Below are positions 7,472 through 16,808 of a stretch of 64,000 nucleotides of DNA, piece by piece. A program made the position numbers and the translations under genes. Under the pieces are notes generated by a model. That model was given only the letters and a program-made list of their open reading frames with translations, searched no databases and was not told the origin of the DNA. This stretch comes from Candidatus Moraniibacteriota bacterium. GTDB lineage: Bacteria > Patescibacteriota > Minisyncoccia > Moranbacterales > UBA9337. Each line of letters begins with the position of its first letter. Position 1 is the first letter of the stretch. The DNA lies in assembly GCA_028695135.1 (NCBI GenBank), contig JAQVJM010000004.1, forward strand, positions 1,696-65,695, given 5' to 3'.

Positions 7472-8461
7472 TTATCTTATCACGCAATTCCGATTGTCGG
7501 TACTTTGCCCTAGAGAACCGATGCCCATCCCTCCGAGCAGGCTTCCGTTGGGAGTGAGATTCCTAAGATTGTCTCTAAGATCCTGAGAATAATCGCATAT
7601 TTCGCTGTTTATTTTATTCTGTATGCTTTGTCTGGCGTTTCCTATTCCTTGCTTGATTACCGATGAGGCGATTTTTCCGACGGCTATTCCCGCCATCTCG
7701 CCTACGTCTCCGGCATTGGCGAGAATGAGATTGTCCAAAGTGTTGGCCGAAGAGGTAATATCGGAAATCAAAGTTCCGGGAGCTATGACTATGCCATTTT
7801 CTTTTTGTCCTATATAACCCTGATAAGCCAAAGCCTGAGCTTCGGCTTTCTTTTTCTCTTCTTCAAGCTTTTTTTCGTATTCGCTCTGAGCTATCAGGGC
7901 GTAAGCGATCGGGTTATTGTTGGGCTTCATAGCTTCTGTGTAAGCGTCCCAAGATCCTTCATTAAACATCGAAACAAAATCGCAGGCATATTCTTCAAAA
8001 GTTGACTGCATGGAAGTCAAGTCCACTTCCACATTTACGCTTTCTTTAGCTCCCGCGCTCCGCCATTCAGCAAAGGATTCTCCTCCCGGACAGGCGGATG
8101 TGAAATTTCCGGATGTTTTTCCTCGGGTCGTAATGGTGAAAAAATCATTCATATGGGCCTGTGTGCTGGCATGGGGGCTTTTGAAAAGATAATCTTCCCA
8201 ATCCTGGATGAAGAGAGCTCCGGCCTGAGTAGTTCCAGCAACAATATTATTGACGGTATCCACGATCAGATCCAGGGCGGCTTTTTTGAGAGCGGCCAAA
8301 AGAGCGGCTCTCACTTGCAGGGAAACTTCTTCCATCATCTGTTTCTGGAATTGGGCAATAGTATCCGGCCAAGCAACAATTGCGGCGGAAGCGGGACGCG
8401 AAAGGGATAAATTCAAGCACATCGCCAAAATGATCGTTATAATCGCTATTTTTTTGCTCAT
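7472..8461 (-). CDS. Secreted helical hypothetical protein
   Basis: Signal peptide ending PASA; FIQDWEDYL, GSWDAY, PNNNPI, GIVIAPG motifs. Confidence 0.75.
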   Translation of the reverse strand: MSKKIAIITIILAMCLNLSLSRPASAAIVAWPDTIAQFQKQMMEEVSLQVRAALLAALKKAALDLIVDTVNNIVAGTTQAGALFIQDWEDYLFKSPHASTQAHMNDFFTITTRGKTSGNFTSACPGGESFAEWRSAGAKESVNVEVDLTSMQSTFEEYACDFVSMFNEGSWDAYTEAMKPNNNPIAYALIAQSEYEKKLEEEKKKAEAQALAYQGYIGQKENGIVIAPGTLISDITSSANTLDNLILANAGDVGEMAGIAVGKIASSVIKQGIGNARQSIQNKINSEICDYSQDLRDNLRNLTPNGSLLGGMGIGSLGQSTDNRNCVIR

Positions 8462-8485
8462 ACTTTATAATTTTTTTTATGCTTC

Positions 8486-9589
8486 TTATTCCGCGCTTTT
8501 TTCTTCCGAACTGGATTCCGAGCTTTCTTCCGCTTCAGAATTTTCCTCATTTTCCTTTTCTTCGGAAATATCTTTATTATCCAAAGAAACGTTGTTTGAA
8601 GTAGAATTTCTTTTTAAAAAACGGCTTTCAACTTTTTCGGAAAAATCAGTTGTCATAACCATCAACCTTTCCACTCCCGAGAAGCTTAGCATAGAAGCGA
8701 TCGGATCGTTCATATCAATTTTTACTTTATCTTTGAGGGATATGGCGTATTTGGCCAATTGCAATCCTTCGATATGGATGTCAATGGCACTTTCCGGAAC
8801 TTCTATCTCATTGAGAAGATCCAGAATGGTCTGCCCCCTCTCGGCCAAGTCATTGAAGTATTCTATCTCTCCCGGGTTGGATGATACCGCACCTATTTTG
8901 GATACGAATTCGTTAAAAAATGATTTTATGGATTCTTCGCTATTTATATCGTGAGGAAGGTTATTCGCCACTATGTAAAAAACGGCAGAAAGATATTCTT
9001 CTTCATCTTTTTTAATCTGTTGCGCCCTTTTTTCTTCGCTCAAGTTAGAATAATTCTGCTCTTTTATCTTTATTTCATCCTTGTTCACTTCGGGAAGCTC
9101 ATCTTCTTTTATATTTTCGCTCAAGCTTTCTTCTATCATCGCGTTTATAGTTTCCATAGAGACTGCTTGCCCTACGGCTGTGTTATTTTCCGAAGCCAAC
9201 GCAGCCAGCTTAGCTGATATTTCTTCGGTGAGATTATCGCTTTTATAGATATCGCTTTCTATAGAAGTTGCGTTTTTTGTTTTTTCTTCCGTAATTATCT
9301 TGTCTCCCGGTGCCGGTTTCAAGGGGTCATATCCGCTTTTTACTTCAGCGCCATCGGAATAGCCGTCTCCGTCAGTGTCAGGATTTTTTGGATCCGTTCC
9401 GTAAGTCAATTCCTCGCTGTCGCTCAATCCGTCTTGATCAAAATCATTGAATAAATTGTATTTCCCCAAGGAGTTTTCCTGGGCAAATATTGAAGCTGAT
9501 ATTCCAAAGACTGTTATCAGGAAAAAAATAAAAAAAGATTTTTTTACCTTATCCGCCGGCAAATATATTTCTTTTATTCCCATATTCAT
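8486..9589 (-). CDS. Secreted/anchored acidic protein with thrombospondin type 3-like Ca-binding repeats
   Basis: DFDQDGLSDSEE.YGTDPKNPDTDGDGYSDGAEV..GYDP. Confidence 0.8.
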   Translation of the reverse strand: MNMGIKEIYLPADKVKKSFFIFFLITVFGISASIFAQENSLGKYNLFNDFDQDGLSDSEELTYGTDPKNPDTDGDGYSDGAEVKSGYDPLKPAPGDKIITEEKTKNATSIESDIYKSDNLTEEISAKLAALASENNTAVGQAVSMETINAMIEESLSENIKEDELPEVNKDEIKIKEQNYSNLSEEKRAQQIKKDEEEYLSAVFYIVANNLPHDINSEESIKSFFNEFVSKIGAVSSNPGEIEYFNDLAERGQTILDLLNEIEVPESAIDIHIEGLQLAKYAISLKDKVKIDMNDPIASMLSFSGVERLMVMTTDFSEKVESRFLKRNSTSNNVSLDNKDISEEKENEENSEAEESSESSSEEKSAE

Positions 9590-9711
9590 AATTTTTTTGT
9601 TTTAACCGCAAGATTTATTTTCTTCAAAAATTATACCATAAGTCCTCTTGATTTGCCAATAATTTTAATGATATGCTTATTTTATAGGAAAAAGAAAAAA
9701 TTTTTTAAAAA

Positions 9712-11349
9712 ATGATGAAAAAAATACTTAATTACCCCTTTATCTTGGTAGAAAAGATAGAAAATTACCCGACCAGCTTTTTATTTTGGTCGATTTCTTT
9801 TTTGAGCATAATTTTTTCCAGGGTCTTGGTGGAAAATTGGCTGTCCGGAATGGTCAATAATTCTGGAGATTATTTTTTCCACCATGTATATTACACATTC
9901 GTTTTTTTTCTGTTGGTCTATTTGATTTTTTTGGGATTGGTGTATAGATTTCTGAAAGTTCCGATAGCCAAGGCTTCCAACGTATTGCTTTTCGGATATC
10001 TTCTGATAATCACCCCTCCTATTTTTGATTATTTGATATTAGGAGACAAGTTTTATCTCAGTTTTTATGGAATCTACGGATTGGAAGAGATGATCAAAAG
10101 ATTCCTGACCTTTTTCGGGGACAGTCCTGATTTCGGAGTTACCTATGGGGTAAGGATAGAGATAGCCTTGACGGTCTTTTTGATCTTTTTCTATGGATAC
10201 GCAAAAACAAAGAGATGGATCATGTCCCTTTCGCTGGCTTTGCTGGCTTATACGATATTATTCGTTTTGGGAACTTTCCCTTCTTGGATCGCGATAATAA
10301 TAAAAGGATTTCCAGCCGGATTTTTAAATGTCGATGAAATACAGATAGTGCAGATGTTTTTGTCTCCGGCTGATATTTTTTCTCGAAGCGTGGGAAGTTT
10401 TACGAACGCTCTTAGCGTTAAATTGAGCATGATTTATTCTCTCCTGCTTACGGCGGTTATTTTGGCGGGATCCTACTTCCATCATAAGGAAAAGTTTATT
10501 TCTTTCCTCGGAAACATAAGGCCGGTCCAAATAATCTATCATATCGGACTATTTGTCATAGGAATGGGACTGGGGATAAAATTTACCGATGTTTTTTGGA
10601 ATGTCGATTTTTTCAATATATTGGGATTTCTGAATTTGGCCTTGGCGATAATTTTTGCCTGGCTGGCTTCGGTTGTAGCAAATGATTTCGGCGATGAAAG
10701 AATAGACGCTATAACGAACAAGAGCCGTCCTTTATCGCAAAAAACCTTTTCCAAAGGGCAATACGCGGCAATCGGAGTCTTACTTTTCATATTTTCCTTG
10801 CTTCTTTCTGCGGCTATAAATCCCAAAGTGGCTATGATTTTGGCGGCCTACCAGGCTCTGGCCTGGCTGTATTCGATGCATCCCTTCAGGCTCAAAAGAA
10901 TTCCTTTAGTAGCGTCCTTCTTGAGCGCTATAACGACAATACTGGTTCTATTTTCTGGATTTATGGTAGCTACGACAGATCAAAATATCATCGATATACC
11001 GACCCAGTTGATTTGGCTTTTGATTTTTTCCTTCACGCTTTCACTGCCGATAAAAGATCTCAAAGACATAGAAGGGGACAAGAAGTATGGAGTTTTTACC
11101 ATTCCGGTTATTTTTGGAGAATATTGGGGAAAAATAATAATAGGAAGCGGAATTTTTATTTCCTATATTTCAAGCGTTTTTGTCTTGAGGGAGTTCAGGC
11201 TGGTTTTTTGGGCGATCTTGCTGGGAGGAATCTCTTTTTGGATAGTAGTTTTATCCGGAAAAAATAAGAGGATAACCAACAGAAACGTCATTTGGTGGGC
11301 TATTGCGCTGGTGGCAATATATGCCGGTATAATTTTCAGATATATATAA
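9712..11349 (+). CDS. UbiA-family prenyltransferase domain fused to a large N-terminal membrane domain
   Basis: Asp-rich motifs NDFGDERIDAITNKSRPL and KDLKDIEGDKKYGVFTIP, plus YSMHPFRLK; about 14 TM. Confidence 0.85.
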   Translation: MMKKILNYPFILVEKIENYPTSFLFWSISFLSIIFSRVLVENWLSGMVNNSGDYFFHHVYYTFVFFLLVYLIFLGLVYRFLKVPIAKASNVLLFGYLLIITPPIFDYLILGDKFYLSFYGIYGLEEMIKRFLTFFGDSPDFGVTYGVRIEIALTVFLIFFYGYAKTKRWIMSLSLALLAYTILFVLGTFPSWIAIIIKGFPAGFLNVDEIQIVQMFLSPADIFSRSVGSFTNALSVKLSMIYSLLLTAVILAGSYFHHKEKFISFLGNIRPVQIIYHIGLFVIGMGLGIKFTDVFWNVDFFNILGFLNLALAIIFAWLASVVANDFGDERIDAITNKSRPLSQKTFSKGQYAAIGVLLFIFSLLLSAAINPKVAMILAAYQALAWLYSMHPFRLKRIPLVASFLSAITTILVLFSGFMVATTDQNIIDIPTQLIWLLIFSFTLSLPIKDLKDIEGDKKYGVFTIPVIFGEYWGKIIIGSGIFISYISSVFVLREFRLVFWAILLGGISFWIVVLSGKNKRITNRNVIWWAIALVAIYAGIIFRYI

Positions 11350-11355
11350 AAAAGC

Positions 11356-12147
11356 CTAAAATATCTTTGAAATCAACTTCCATTTCTCCAGGGATAATTC
11401 CTGGGCGCGGGCGGTCGGCGATATGCCGGCCTTTTTTAATTTTTCTTCCACAGCCATTTTGTCCAAATGGAGGCTGTTGGAAAGATTATTGGCCAATGTT
11501 TTTCTACGGGCGCAAAATCCTGCCCTTACTGTTTGGAAAAATTTTTTCTCTCGTTCTTTTTGTTCCGCGCTCTGCGCTCCACGTTTTGCGATTTGCGATA
11601 TACGGATGACTGCGCTTTCTACTTCGGGCGAGGGATTGAAATTTTCTTTTCCAACCGCAAAAAGAACTTCAGCACTTCCGTAATATTGGACGGATACGGA
11701 AAGCTTGCTCATTTTTCCCGGAACCGCGACAATTCTTTCGGCCACTTCTTCCTGGACCATCAGGACTATTTCTTGAGGAGGAAACTCAGATTCTAAAAAA
11801 AGTCTTATGATTTTTGAGGTGATGTAGTAGGGTATATTGGCTATCAGCTTGTAGTTTTTAGCTTCATTGGCTTTTAGCAAAGAAGGGAGATTTATGCTTA
11901 ATATGTCTCCTTGGATTATCTCGACATTCTTATTATTTTTAAATTTTTCTTTTAAGGCGGGGACAAGAGTGTCGTCAATTTCGATTGATATTACCTTTTT
12001 GGCTTTTTTTGCCAATGTTTCGGTCAAAATTCCTTCTCCGGGACCGATTTCCAATACCAAATCATCTTCGGTTAAATTGGCGTATTTGATTATTCTGTTT
12101 ACAATCTCGAGATTATTAAGAAAATTTTGACCTAGTTTCTGTGGCAT
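11356..12147 (-). CDS. rsmA: 16S rRNA adenine dimethyltransferase KsgA
   Basis: KLGQNFL, VLEIGPGEG, ANIPYYIT, MVQEEVAERI, RRKTLAN; start placed at ATG 12147. Confidence 0.96.
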   Translation of the reverse strand: MPQKLGQNFLNNLEIVNRIIKYANLTEDDLVLEIGPGEGILTETLAKKAKKVISIEIDDTLVPALKEKFKNNKNVEIIQGDILSINLPSLLKANEAKNYKLIANIPYYITSKIIRLFLESEFPPQEIVLMVQEEVAERIVAVPGKMSKLSVSVQYYGSAEVLFAVGKENFNPSPEVESAVIRISQIAKRGAQSAEQKEREKKFFQTVRAGFCARRKTLANNLSNSLHLDKMAVEEKLKKAGISPTARAQELSLEKWKLISKIF

Positions 12148-12179
12148 ATATTTTTTGTAGTTTAAGTTTCCGTTACGGT

Positions 12180-12257
12180 TTTGCGCGAATACTATTTTTG
12201 CTTGCTTTACATTCGCTTCGCTCATACGGAAGCCACAAAAATAATATTCGCGCAAAA
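12180..12257. repeat. Inverted-repeat (MITE-like) element upstream of rsmA
   Basis: TTTTGCGCGAATA ... TATTCGCGCAAAA arms with an internal TTCGCTTCGCTCA. Confidence 0.6.
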
Positions 12258-12385
12258 AGTTTCAATGCTCGGTTTTGAATTATAATTAAGTCTAGCGCAG
12301 TTAGCGGGAAAAATAAAGACCTGCGGAATTAAAAAACACCCCTTTCCCAGCCGGGATAAGGGGTGGCTACTCTGCAAAGCCGATA

Positions 12386-12562
12386 CTATTTACTAAAGAG
12401 AAATAGTACGGGTGCGCTTCCAAGGAATAATACTGCGAAGTTCATCAGAACTTCTTCCCAAAAAGTCGCGTGATAAATCGACCCTTGTATCGCCTCAATG
12501 GACGTTAGGATTACTGCTAATACTGCCTCCGCCAATATTATTATAATCAAGTTAACAAACAT
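12386..12562 (-). CDS. Small 2-TM membrane protein (58 aa)
   Basis: SD AAGGGAGGTG before ATG; own promoter TTGACG-17-TATTAT (12614-12642, minus); downstream GC hairpin. Confidence 0.7.
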   Translation of the reverse strand: MFVNLIIIILAEAVLAVILTSIEAIQGSIYHATFWEEVLMNFAVLFLGSAPVLFLFSK

Positions 12563-12650
12563 GACACCTCCCTTAGTTATTTTGCATGATTTGACCTTAA
12601 TTAACTTCAAGTAATAATAACAGAAAAATAGTATTGCGTCAAGGCGTGCA

Positions 12651-12679
12651 TTGACTAGCCACAGAATTACTACTATAAT
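12651..12679 (+). promoter_or_regulatory. sigma70 promoter of typA
   Basis: TTGACT-17 nt-TATAAT. Confidence 0.75.
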
Positions 12680-12753
12680 AAGAAAGCTGTGTGAGAAACG
12701 CGCAGTTTTTATTTTCTTATTAAAAATAATATTTAATCAGCTTAAATTATAAA

Positions 12754-12790
12754 GCATTTTGCATTTTGCATCTTGCATTTTAAATTTTCA
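12754..12790 (+). repeat. 7-mer tandem repeat (GCATTTT) directly before the typA start
   Basis: gcatttt gcatttt gcatctt gcatttt taaattt. Confidence 0.8.
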
Positions 12791-12792
12791 AC

Positions 12793-14577
12793 GTGGACAT
12801 CAGAAACATTGCTATCATCGCCCATGTGGATCATGGAAAAACTACCATAACGGACGCGATAATGAAGCAGACCGGAGTAGCGGAAGAAGGTGTAAGTATG
12901 GACAGCAACGATCTGGAAAAAGAAAGAGGGATCACGATTTATGCCAAAAATACTGCCATAATATACAAAGGAAGCAAGATAAATATCGTTGATACTCCCG
13001 GGCATGCCGACTTTGGAAGCGAAGTGGAGCGGGTCTTGCGCTCTATCGATTCGGTCGTTTTGGTCGTGGACGCTCAGGAAGGTCCTATGCCTCAGACCAG
13101 ATTCGTGCTAAAAAAATCTTTGGAATTAGGACACAAACCGATAGTGGTCATAAACAAGATAGACAAGCCGGCGGCAAGGCTGGGGCAGGTGGAAGATGAG
13201 ATCCTGGAACTTTTTATGGAATTAGGAGCCGATGACGAACAATTGGATTTTCCTGTAATTTACAGCATTGCCAAACAGGGAATAGCCAAAAACGATCCGA
13301 ACGACCAATCCGGCGACATGGGTCCGCTTTTGGAAAAAATAATAGAGTATGTGCCCGTAGCGAATAAGAACGATGATCTTTCCTTACGGCTCCAACCCTT
13401 CTCTTTGGCTTATGACGATTATCTGGGGAGGTTGGCGGTGGCGAGGATCTATGAAGGGATTTTGAAAAATGGTCCGGTTTTCGTAAAGTCTCCAAACGGA
13501 GAAACGAGGAATTCAAAAATCATAAAAATATTTTCTTTTGAAGGAACTCGGAGAAAAGAAGTCGAAGAAGCCCGTTCGGGAGACATAGTCATGGTTGCCG
13601 GAGTGGAGGATATCGATATAGGGGAAACCATCTGTCTTGATGAACGGTCAGAATCTCTTCCTGCCATAACAGTGGACGAACCGACTATCGCTCTTGAATT
13701 TCTTGTCAACAATTCTCCTTTTGCGGGTAAGGAAGGAGAGTTTGTCACAAGAGAGCAGATAAGAGAAAGGTTAAAAAAGGAACTGGAAATCAATGTCGGG
13801 CTCAAGGTTGATTTTTCCGGAGAAAATTTCAAGGTGTTCGGACGCGGAGAATTGCATATTGCGGTACTTCTCGAAAATATGAGAAGAGAAGGGTTTGAGA
13901 TCCAAGTTTCACAGCCCCAGGTAATAATGAAGGAAATCGGCGGGGTTAAAAGCGAACCTTTCGAGGAGCTTACCATCACCGTTCCGGAAGAATTTTCCGG
14001 ATCAATCATCGAGAAACTAGGCAAAAGAAAAGGAGCGATGAAAGATATGAAATACGAGACGGACGGAGTGAGGATGATTTTTGAAATTCCCACCCGGGGG
14101 GCCCTAGGGTATCGCAGTGAGTTCGTGGTGGATACCAAGGGAGAAGGTATACTGGCCAGCCGGTTTTTGGAATTCCGTCCTTATGCCGGAGAGATCAGAA
14201 GACGCGCGGCAGGATCGATGATTTCAGGAGAAAGCGGGAAAGCTCTGGGATTTTCTCTCTTTAACCTTCAACAGCGCGGAGCGCTTTATATCGGTGCCAG
14301 CCAGGAAGTTTATGAGGGACAAGTTATCGGAAACACTTCCAAGGGGGACGAGATGACAGTTAATCCCATAAAGGGAAAGCATCTTACCAATATGCGCGCC
14401 AGCGGGAGCGACGACGCGATATTGCTCACTCCTCCGATAGGGATAACCATAGAAAAAGGCTTGGAAATAATGAGCGATGATGAATATTTGGAAATTACGC
14501 CCGAAAATGTCAGGCTTAGAAAAAAATATCTGACGGAAAATGAAAGAGTGAAGGCAAACAGGAAGAAAGGCAAATAA
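12793..14577 (+). CDS. typA: Translational GTPase TypA/BipA
   Basis: [50 protein letters not shown]. Confidence 0.97.
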   Translation: MDIRNIAIIAHVDHGKTTITDAIMKQTGVAEEGVSMDSNDLEKERGITIYAKNTAIIYKGSKINIVDTPGHADFGSEVERVLRSIDSVVLVVDAQEGPMPQTRFVLKKSLELGHKPIVVINKIDKPAARLGQVEDEILELFMELGADDEQLDFPVIYSIAKQGIAKNDPNDQSGDMGPLLEKIIEYVPVANKNDDLSLRLQPFSLAYDDYLGRLAVARIYEGILKNGPVFVKSPNGETRNSKIIKIFSFEGTRRKEVEEARSGDIVMVAGVEDIDIGETICLDERSESLPAITVDEPTIALEFLVNNSPFAGKEGEFVTREQIRERLKKELEINVGLKVDFSGENFKVFGRGELHIAVLLENMRREGFEIQVSQPQVIMKEIGGVKSEPFEELTITVPEEFSGSIIEKLGKRKGAMKDMKYETDGVRMIFEIPTRGALGYRSEFVVDTKGEGILASRFLEFRPYAGEIRRRAAGSMISGESGKALGFSLFNLQQRGALYIGASQEVYEGQVIGNTSKGDEMTVNPIKGKHLTNMRASGSDDAILLTPPIGITIEKGLEIMSDDEYLEITPENVRLRKKYLTENERVKANRKKGK

Positions 14578-14628
14578 AACTTCAAATAATATTTTAAATC
14601 AGAGCCTTCTGTTTTTGAGTTGATAATC

Positions 14629-14759
14629 TACGGACGTAAGTACGAACGTACTTACGTCCGTAATTACGTCATTAAAAAAGAGACGTCCGACGTATGCAGA
14701 CGTCGGACGTCTGTGAGAATCTGTGAGAAAAATAGAGACAAGGCATGCCTTGTCTCTAT
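14629..14759. repeat. Cluster of three different REP-like palindromes
   Basis: 16-bp stem at 14629-14662, 13-bp stem at 14681-14712, perfect 28-bp palindrome ATAGAGACAAGGCATGCCTTGTCTCTAT at 14732-14759. Confidence 0.85.
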
Positions 14760-14793
14760 AAATGTTAAGATCTGATTTTTCGACTAATTTTTT

Positions 14794-16149
14794 TTATCCT
14801 TTAATTATCCCCAGAATCTCTTTTAATTTTTCTTCCATCAGCTCTTTATTATCCGCTTCGAGATTGAGCCTTAGAACCGGTTCGGTGTTGGAAGGCCGGA
14901 CGTTAAACCACCAGCGGGAACCTTTCTCTTTATTCCAATAGCTTATCTTCACGCCGTCCAATTCATCCAGTTTGCCATCCTTATATTTTTCCTTAAGCTT
15001 AGTAAGAACCGCATCCTTATCATTAACTTCACTATTTATCTCTCCGCTATGATAATATCTCCTTAATTCCTTAACTAATTCCGAAATCGGTTTTCCGGTC
15101 TCTGCTAGCAGGTTCAAAATATAGATGGCCGGAAGCGATCCCGCTTCGGCATTGAAATTTTCCTTGAAATAATAATGTCCGGAAAGCTCGCCGGCAAAGA
15201 CCGCTCCGTCCTCCAACATCTGTTTTTTGATCAGAGCGTGGCCGACCCGGCATTCATTGGCCGTTCCCCCGTTTTCTTCTATGATTTCCCTTACCGCCAT
15301 CGAGGAGCGCAAATCGTAAAGGATCGTGGCTCCGGGATTTTTTTCCAAAATTATTTTGGCGATCAGGCCGGTTAACAGATCCATCGGGATTACTTCTCCT
15401 TTTTCATCGATAAAACCCACCCGGTCGGCGTCTCCATCGTAAGCGATTCCCAGATCAGCCTTTTCGGAGATGACCTCTTTTTGAAGCGCTTCAAGAGTTT
15501 CCAGTTTTAGGGGGTTGGCTTCATGATTCGGAAACGAGCTGTCGAAGTCATCATAAAGAGTTTCAATTTCGAGATTCTGAGGGAATTTTTTATAGATTTC
15601 CAGCTCCAATATTCCCATCGCGTTGGCGGTGTCGATTATAAGCTCGAATTTTTTATCTTTTATATTCAAAAAACCGGAAAAATATTCAAAGTATTCGTTT
15701 TTTATGTCTTTCGAGAACGTTTCCCCTTTATTTTTTTCGGAGATTTCAAAATTATCACTCATAACCATATCCTTTATTTCCAAAAGTCCGCTGTTTTCTC
15801 CGACAGGCACAGCGTTTTTACGGCAAAATTTCATCCCGTTATATTCTTTGGGATTATGGGAGGCGGTGAGCATTATGCCTCCGTCCACATCCATTTTTCC
15901 GGAAGCGAAATATACCATCGGGGTGGTGGCAAGTCCCAGATCATAAGCATCGGCGCCTTCATCGGTTATCCCTCTTTTCAATTCTTCGAAAAGGGAAGGG
16001 CTGGACTCCCTGATGTCTCTGCCGATAACGACATTTTTAGCTCCCAGGAACTTGACGAAAGCTCGGCCGATTTTGTAAGCGATTCCTTCATTAATTTCTT
16101 CCGGATAGATTCCACGGACATCGTAGGCCTTGAATATTTTTTCTTGCAT
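14794..16149 (-). CDS. Phosphomannomutase/phosphoglucomutase
   Basis: FKAYDVRG, TASHNP, YDGDADR, GELSGH, VRPSNTEP. Confidence 0.95.
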   Translation of the reverse strand: MQEKIFKAYDVRGIYPEEINEGIAYKIGRAFVKFLGAKNVVIGRDIRESSPSLFEELKRGITDEGADAYDLGLATTPMVYFASGKMDVDGGIMLTASHNPKEYNGMKFCRKNAVPVGENSGLLEIKDMVMSDNFEISEKNKGETFSKDIKNEYFEYFSGFLNIKDKKFELIIDTANAMGILELEIYKKFPQNLEIETLYDDFDSSFPNHEANPLKLETLEALQKEVISEKADLGIAYDGDADRVGFIDEKGEVIPMDLLTGLIAKIILEKNPGATILYDLRSSMAVREIIEENGGTANECRVGHALIKKQMLEDGAVFAGELSGHYYFKENFNAEAGSLPAIYILNLLAETGKPISELVKELRRYYHSGEINSEVNDKDAVLTKLKEKYKDGKLDELDGVKISYWNKEKGSRWWFNVRPSNTEPVLRLNLEADNKELMEEKLKEILGIIKG

Positions 16150-16320
16150 ATTGAGCTGAGTTAAAAATTAAAAATTCAAATTTCAAAATTATAGTTTAAA
16201 TAATTTTCAAATTAAAATTAATCTTGTATTTATATTTTATAACGCATCTGATTTATTTCCAAACTTTTTTAAAACCCCTTCCAACGATTTCGCCGGAAGG
16301 GGCAGGGATAGGGCAGGGAG

Positions 16321-16539
16321 TCAGATTGTTTTTACGAAATTTTTTGGCAGTGAAAAGAGGGGGCCGTCCTCTTTGCCGACTATCAGCTTGGGCAATTCGC
16401 CTTTTTGCAGAGGCAGCCTCTCTCCGAACAAAAAGACTCCGGAAGTTTCATTTATCTGTCGCAGTTCTCTCCTCCATGAAAGAATTTTTTCCGGAATGCT
16501 TACTTTGACAGGGACTTTTTCTGTTGTCTTTATGGCCAT
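16321..16539 (-). CDS. Small hypothetical protein (72 aa)
   Basis: SD AAAGGAG before ATG GCC; downstream GC-rich hairpin region. Confidence 0.5.
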   Translation of the reverse strand: MAIKTTEKVPVKVSIPEKILSWRRELRQINETSGVFLFGERLPLQKGELPKLIVGKEDGPLFSLPKNFVKTI

Positions 16540-16808
16540 TGCGCGCTCCTTTTTTAATTTTTTTTCTTTTATCCCCATTTCATTATTGACGCTTATGGAT
16601 CCAAAAGTCAAGATTTTGCTCAAAAGGGTCTGATGAGATATAATATAATAAATTCAAAATACAAAGTTAAAAATTCAAAGTGCATGATTTAAGAAAGATT
16701 AACGCTATGGCATGGCCAGGCAGTAATTGGAAATAAAATTTAAAATAAAAAAGCGCCGATATCCGAATCATCAGTCCTTATTCGCGTATCGGATCAGCCT
16801 TATAAAAA

